Part shown: in pieces, positions 61,460 to 64,000 of the stretch
Position numbering within the stretch: position 1 is the stretch's first letter
Layout of the letters: the number at the start of each line of letters is the position of its first letter
Assembly (NCBI RefSeq): GCF_006345805.1
Contig: NC_042999.1
Location: forward strand, 62,744,001-62,808,000
Direction: 5' to 3'
DNA length: 64,000 nucleotides
DNA from: Octopus sinensis
Lineage: Eukaryota
Notes under the pieces: generated by a model
The model's input: only the letters and a program-made list of their open reading frames with translations
The model's database searches: none
Told to the model about the DNA's origin: nothing
Program-made: the position numbers and the translations under genes

Positions 61460-61552
61460 TTAGTCAACATAATCTGTTAACATAGTGTCTTGAGTAAGGG
61501 TTTGCTGTATTTCTTCATGAAGTCCCAGAGCATAAAGAATTTGCTGTGAGAC
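61460..61552 (-). CDS. Probable terminal coding exon of an unidentified convergent gene
   Basis: Strong acceptor cttc(t)n aacag|, then VSQQILYALGLHEEIQQTLTQDTMLTDYVD* (phase 0, A/T-rich third positions like PDHA). About 2 kb of repeat-poor, UTR-like sequence follows. A phase-1 frame (SHSKFFMLWDF...) is also open. Confidence 0.55.
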   Translation of the reverse strand, partial: VSQQILYALGLHEEIQQTLTQDTMLTDYVD

Positions 61553-61835
61553 CTGTTAAAAAAAAAAAAGAAGTTATTTTGTTACCATAAAGTCAAAAGA
61601 AATATTCAACTTGATGAAAATGAAGCTTCTTCCATTTCTAGTATAAGCAACTGGGATTATTTCCAAGACAAAAAAAAAATGCTATTTATTTTTTCTTTTA
61701 ATAATTCAAACAAAACTAGCAATTGTGTTGCCATACTTCAGAGAACACTCAACTTGAATAGACAAAATAGAATATTCCTCAGACAAGAAAATTACTGTCA
61801 TGCAAGATCAGATTTCAGGAAATGATACATACTCT

Positions 61836-62205
61836 TCTACTTGTTTCAGTCATTTGACTGTGGCCATGCTGGAGCACTGCCTTTAGTCGAGCAAATCGAC
61901 CCCAGGACTTATTCTTTGTAAGCCTAGTACTTATTCTATTGCCAAACCGTTAAGTTACAGGGACGTAAACACAACAGGCATTCAGTTGTCAAGTGATGTT
62001 GTGGGGATAAACACAGACACAAATATATACACACACATATACATACGACGGGTTTCTTTCAGTTTCCGTCTACCAAATCCACTCACAAGGCTTTGGTTGG
62101 CCTGAGGCTATAGTAGAAGACACTTGCCCAAGGTGCCATACTGTGGGACTGAACCCGGAACTATGTGGTTCGTAAGCAAGCTATTTACCACACAGCCATT
62201 CCTAT
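61836..62205 (-). mobile_element. SINE family A copy
   Basis: Reverse complement of the 4114 family. Confidence 0.85.
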
Positions 62206-62989
62206 AGTAACAATATTAACCTAAAATCTATCATTTGTGATAATCATCATCATTTTAATGTCCAGTTTTCAATGCTTGAATGATGCACGGGTCAGAACGA
62301 ACTCAATGAGGCAGATTTTCTATGGCCAGATGCCCCCGCCTGTTTCCAAAGCAAGGTAACAATTCCCAAGTCTATTGAACAAATAAACAGCCCGGTCATA
62401 AGTTACCAGCCTCTTGTTTATAAAGCTCATGCAACATGTTAAGAAACTGGGATGCTTTCATGGTTGACTAAGCATACGAAACACCTGTATTCAATAGCGA
62501 GGCTATTGATTTTTGTTTACAGAAACAAAGCATGTGAGGCAGACAAGGAGAAATCAAACACAGACACACACACATATATATATGTATGTATGTATGTATA
62601 GACACACACATAAAAGGCTTCTTCACTTCTTGTCTGACTTACAAGGTATGATCAACCCATGATTTTAGTTTATGTAGGGGGACCTAACCCCTAATCATGT
62701 GGTTCTGAAGTGTGCACTAATGTAAAAATTTGTTATTTATTCAGAATGTATCTTAATCTTTCAGTTCTTAGGTTGCCCACAAGAGAAACAACTATGTGAT
62801 TATTCTGAGAGTAGTGTTTTTTGCAACTAATTTACATAAGTGAGCTGGTTTTGATTTCATTAGCAGTTGTTTAAGATCTCTTATGCAAATACCATTTAGA
62901 AATGGAACAAAAATACTTAAGTATTGAATGGCATTAAAGACTGAGGCTCAACTCTAGTTGTGTAAAAAGAAGTGGATTAGTAATATATT

Positions 62990-63368
62990 TACCTATTTCT
63001 TTACTACCCACAAGGGGCTAAACACAGAGAGGACAAACAAAGGGATTAAGTCAATTACATCGACCCCAGTGCATAACTGGTACTTAATTTATCGACCCCG
63101 AAAGGATGAAAGGCAAAGCCAACCTCGGCGGAATTTGAACTCAGAACGTAGCAGCCGACGAAATACCTATTTCTTTACTATCCACAAGGGGCTAAACACA
63201 GAGGGGACAAACAAGGACAGACAAAGGGATTAAGTCGATTACATCAACCCCAGTGCGTAACTGGTACTTAATTTATCGGCAGAATTTGAACTCAGAACGT
63301 AACGGCAGATGAAATACGGCTATGCATTTTTCCCAGCGTGCTAACATTTCTGCCAGCTCACTGCCTTG
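62990..63368 (-). mobile_element. SINE family C with a tandem body
   Basis: Repeated CTATTTCTTTACTA.CCACAAGGGGCTAAACACAGAG units plus the head. Confidence 0.8.
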
Positions 63369-63388
63369 TGGAGTAGTAATATATTTAC

Positions 63389-63477
63389 CTTCTGCATTGT
63401 ACGTTGGTCTATCACATAAAATTCCCTGATGATCTGGTACCCAATGAATTGGTGAACTGAGGCAATCTCACCTCTTG
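63389..63477 (-). CDS. Possible penultimate exon of the convergent gene
   Basis: RGEIASVHQFIGYQIIREFYVIDQRTMQK with donor AAG|GTAAAT in phase 0, which joins in frame to 61552. The acceptor is weak and abuts an RTE insertion. Confidence 0.35.
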
Positions 63478-63489
63478 CTACAGTCATAA

Positions 63490-63760
63490 ACCGACTGCCG
63501 GTGACGCCTGGCTGGCGTCGGTGTCACGTAAAAGCACCTATCGATCATGGCCATTTGCCAGCTTGCTCTGGCCCTTGTGCCGGTGGCACATAAGAAACAC
63601 CCACTACACTCACGGAGTGGTTGGCGTTAGGAAGAGCATCCAGCTGTAGAAACACTGCCAAATCAGACTAGAGCCTGGTGCAGCCTCCATGGCTTCCAGA
63701 CCCCGGTCGAACCATCCAATCCATGCTAGCATGGAAAACGGACGTTAAATGATGATGATC
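63490..63760 (+). mobile_element. RTE 3'-end copy
   Basis: Same family, with a (GAT)n tail. Confidence 0.8.
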
Positions 63761-64000
63761 TTACAGTTTATTTTTAGTTACTGTCTTCTGGATAACACAC
63801 AGTTCTAAGAAGTTACACTCTGAAACTGAATACTGAAGAAACAGTGCTGTAGCTGACTCATTATCATTAACTTTATGAATTTCTTGAGGACTTCGTTAGA
63901 CCAATTCATTTAAATTTAGCCTACATCAAAAACCAAGTGTTGTAATGGTGACAATGTCAGTAAAATTTATTAAAATTTAAGAATAGATTTAGCTCAAATG

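Noticed and set aside
61460-61552. Assigning the convergent gene as MAP3K15 by analogy with the human PDHA1 neighbourhood
   Set aside because: The peptide does not resemble the ASK-family SAM-domain C-terminus as I recall it; synteny alone is not evidence.

Overview
AT-rich, microsatellite- and transposon-dense animal genomic DNA. The repeat landscape (tRNA-derived SINEs, RTE/CR1 LINE ends, Tc1/mariner, long (TA)n/(CA)n) suggests an octopus-like coleoid mollusc; this is an inference, not proven. Genes: (1) the first coding exon of an NBR1-like PB1-domain gene on the minus strand (949-1056, continuing left out of the window); (2) a complete 9-exon pyruvate dehydrogenase E1-alpha gene on the plus strand (36136-58510, 1164 nt CDS, 387 aa; exon 1 less certain); (3) probable last exon(s) of an unidentified convergent minus-strand gene (about 61.5 and 63.4 kb). 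No rRNA, authentic tRNA or CRISPR was found, and almost all other ORFs in the track are transposon relics or microsatellite artefacts. The most interesting signal, read by eye on both strands, is ten minimal type I hammerhead-ribozyme motifs in five sequence families. They sit in about 150-210 bp non-coding elements inserted in (TA)n tracts, in a duplicated 1.35 kb repeat and in a Penelope-like GIY-YIG fragment. One has an intact core and lies in sense orientation inside a near-perfect 152 bp-arm hairpin in a PDHA intron. All folds are manual, and all identities are by-eye estimates; no searches or folding programs were run.
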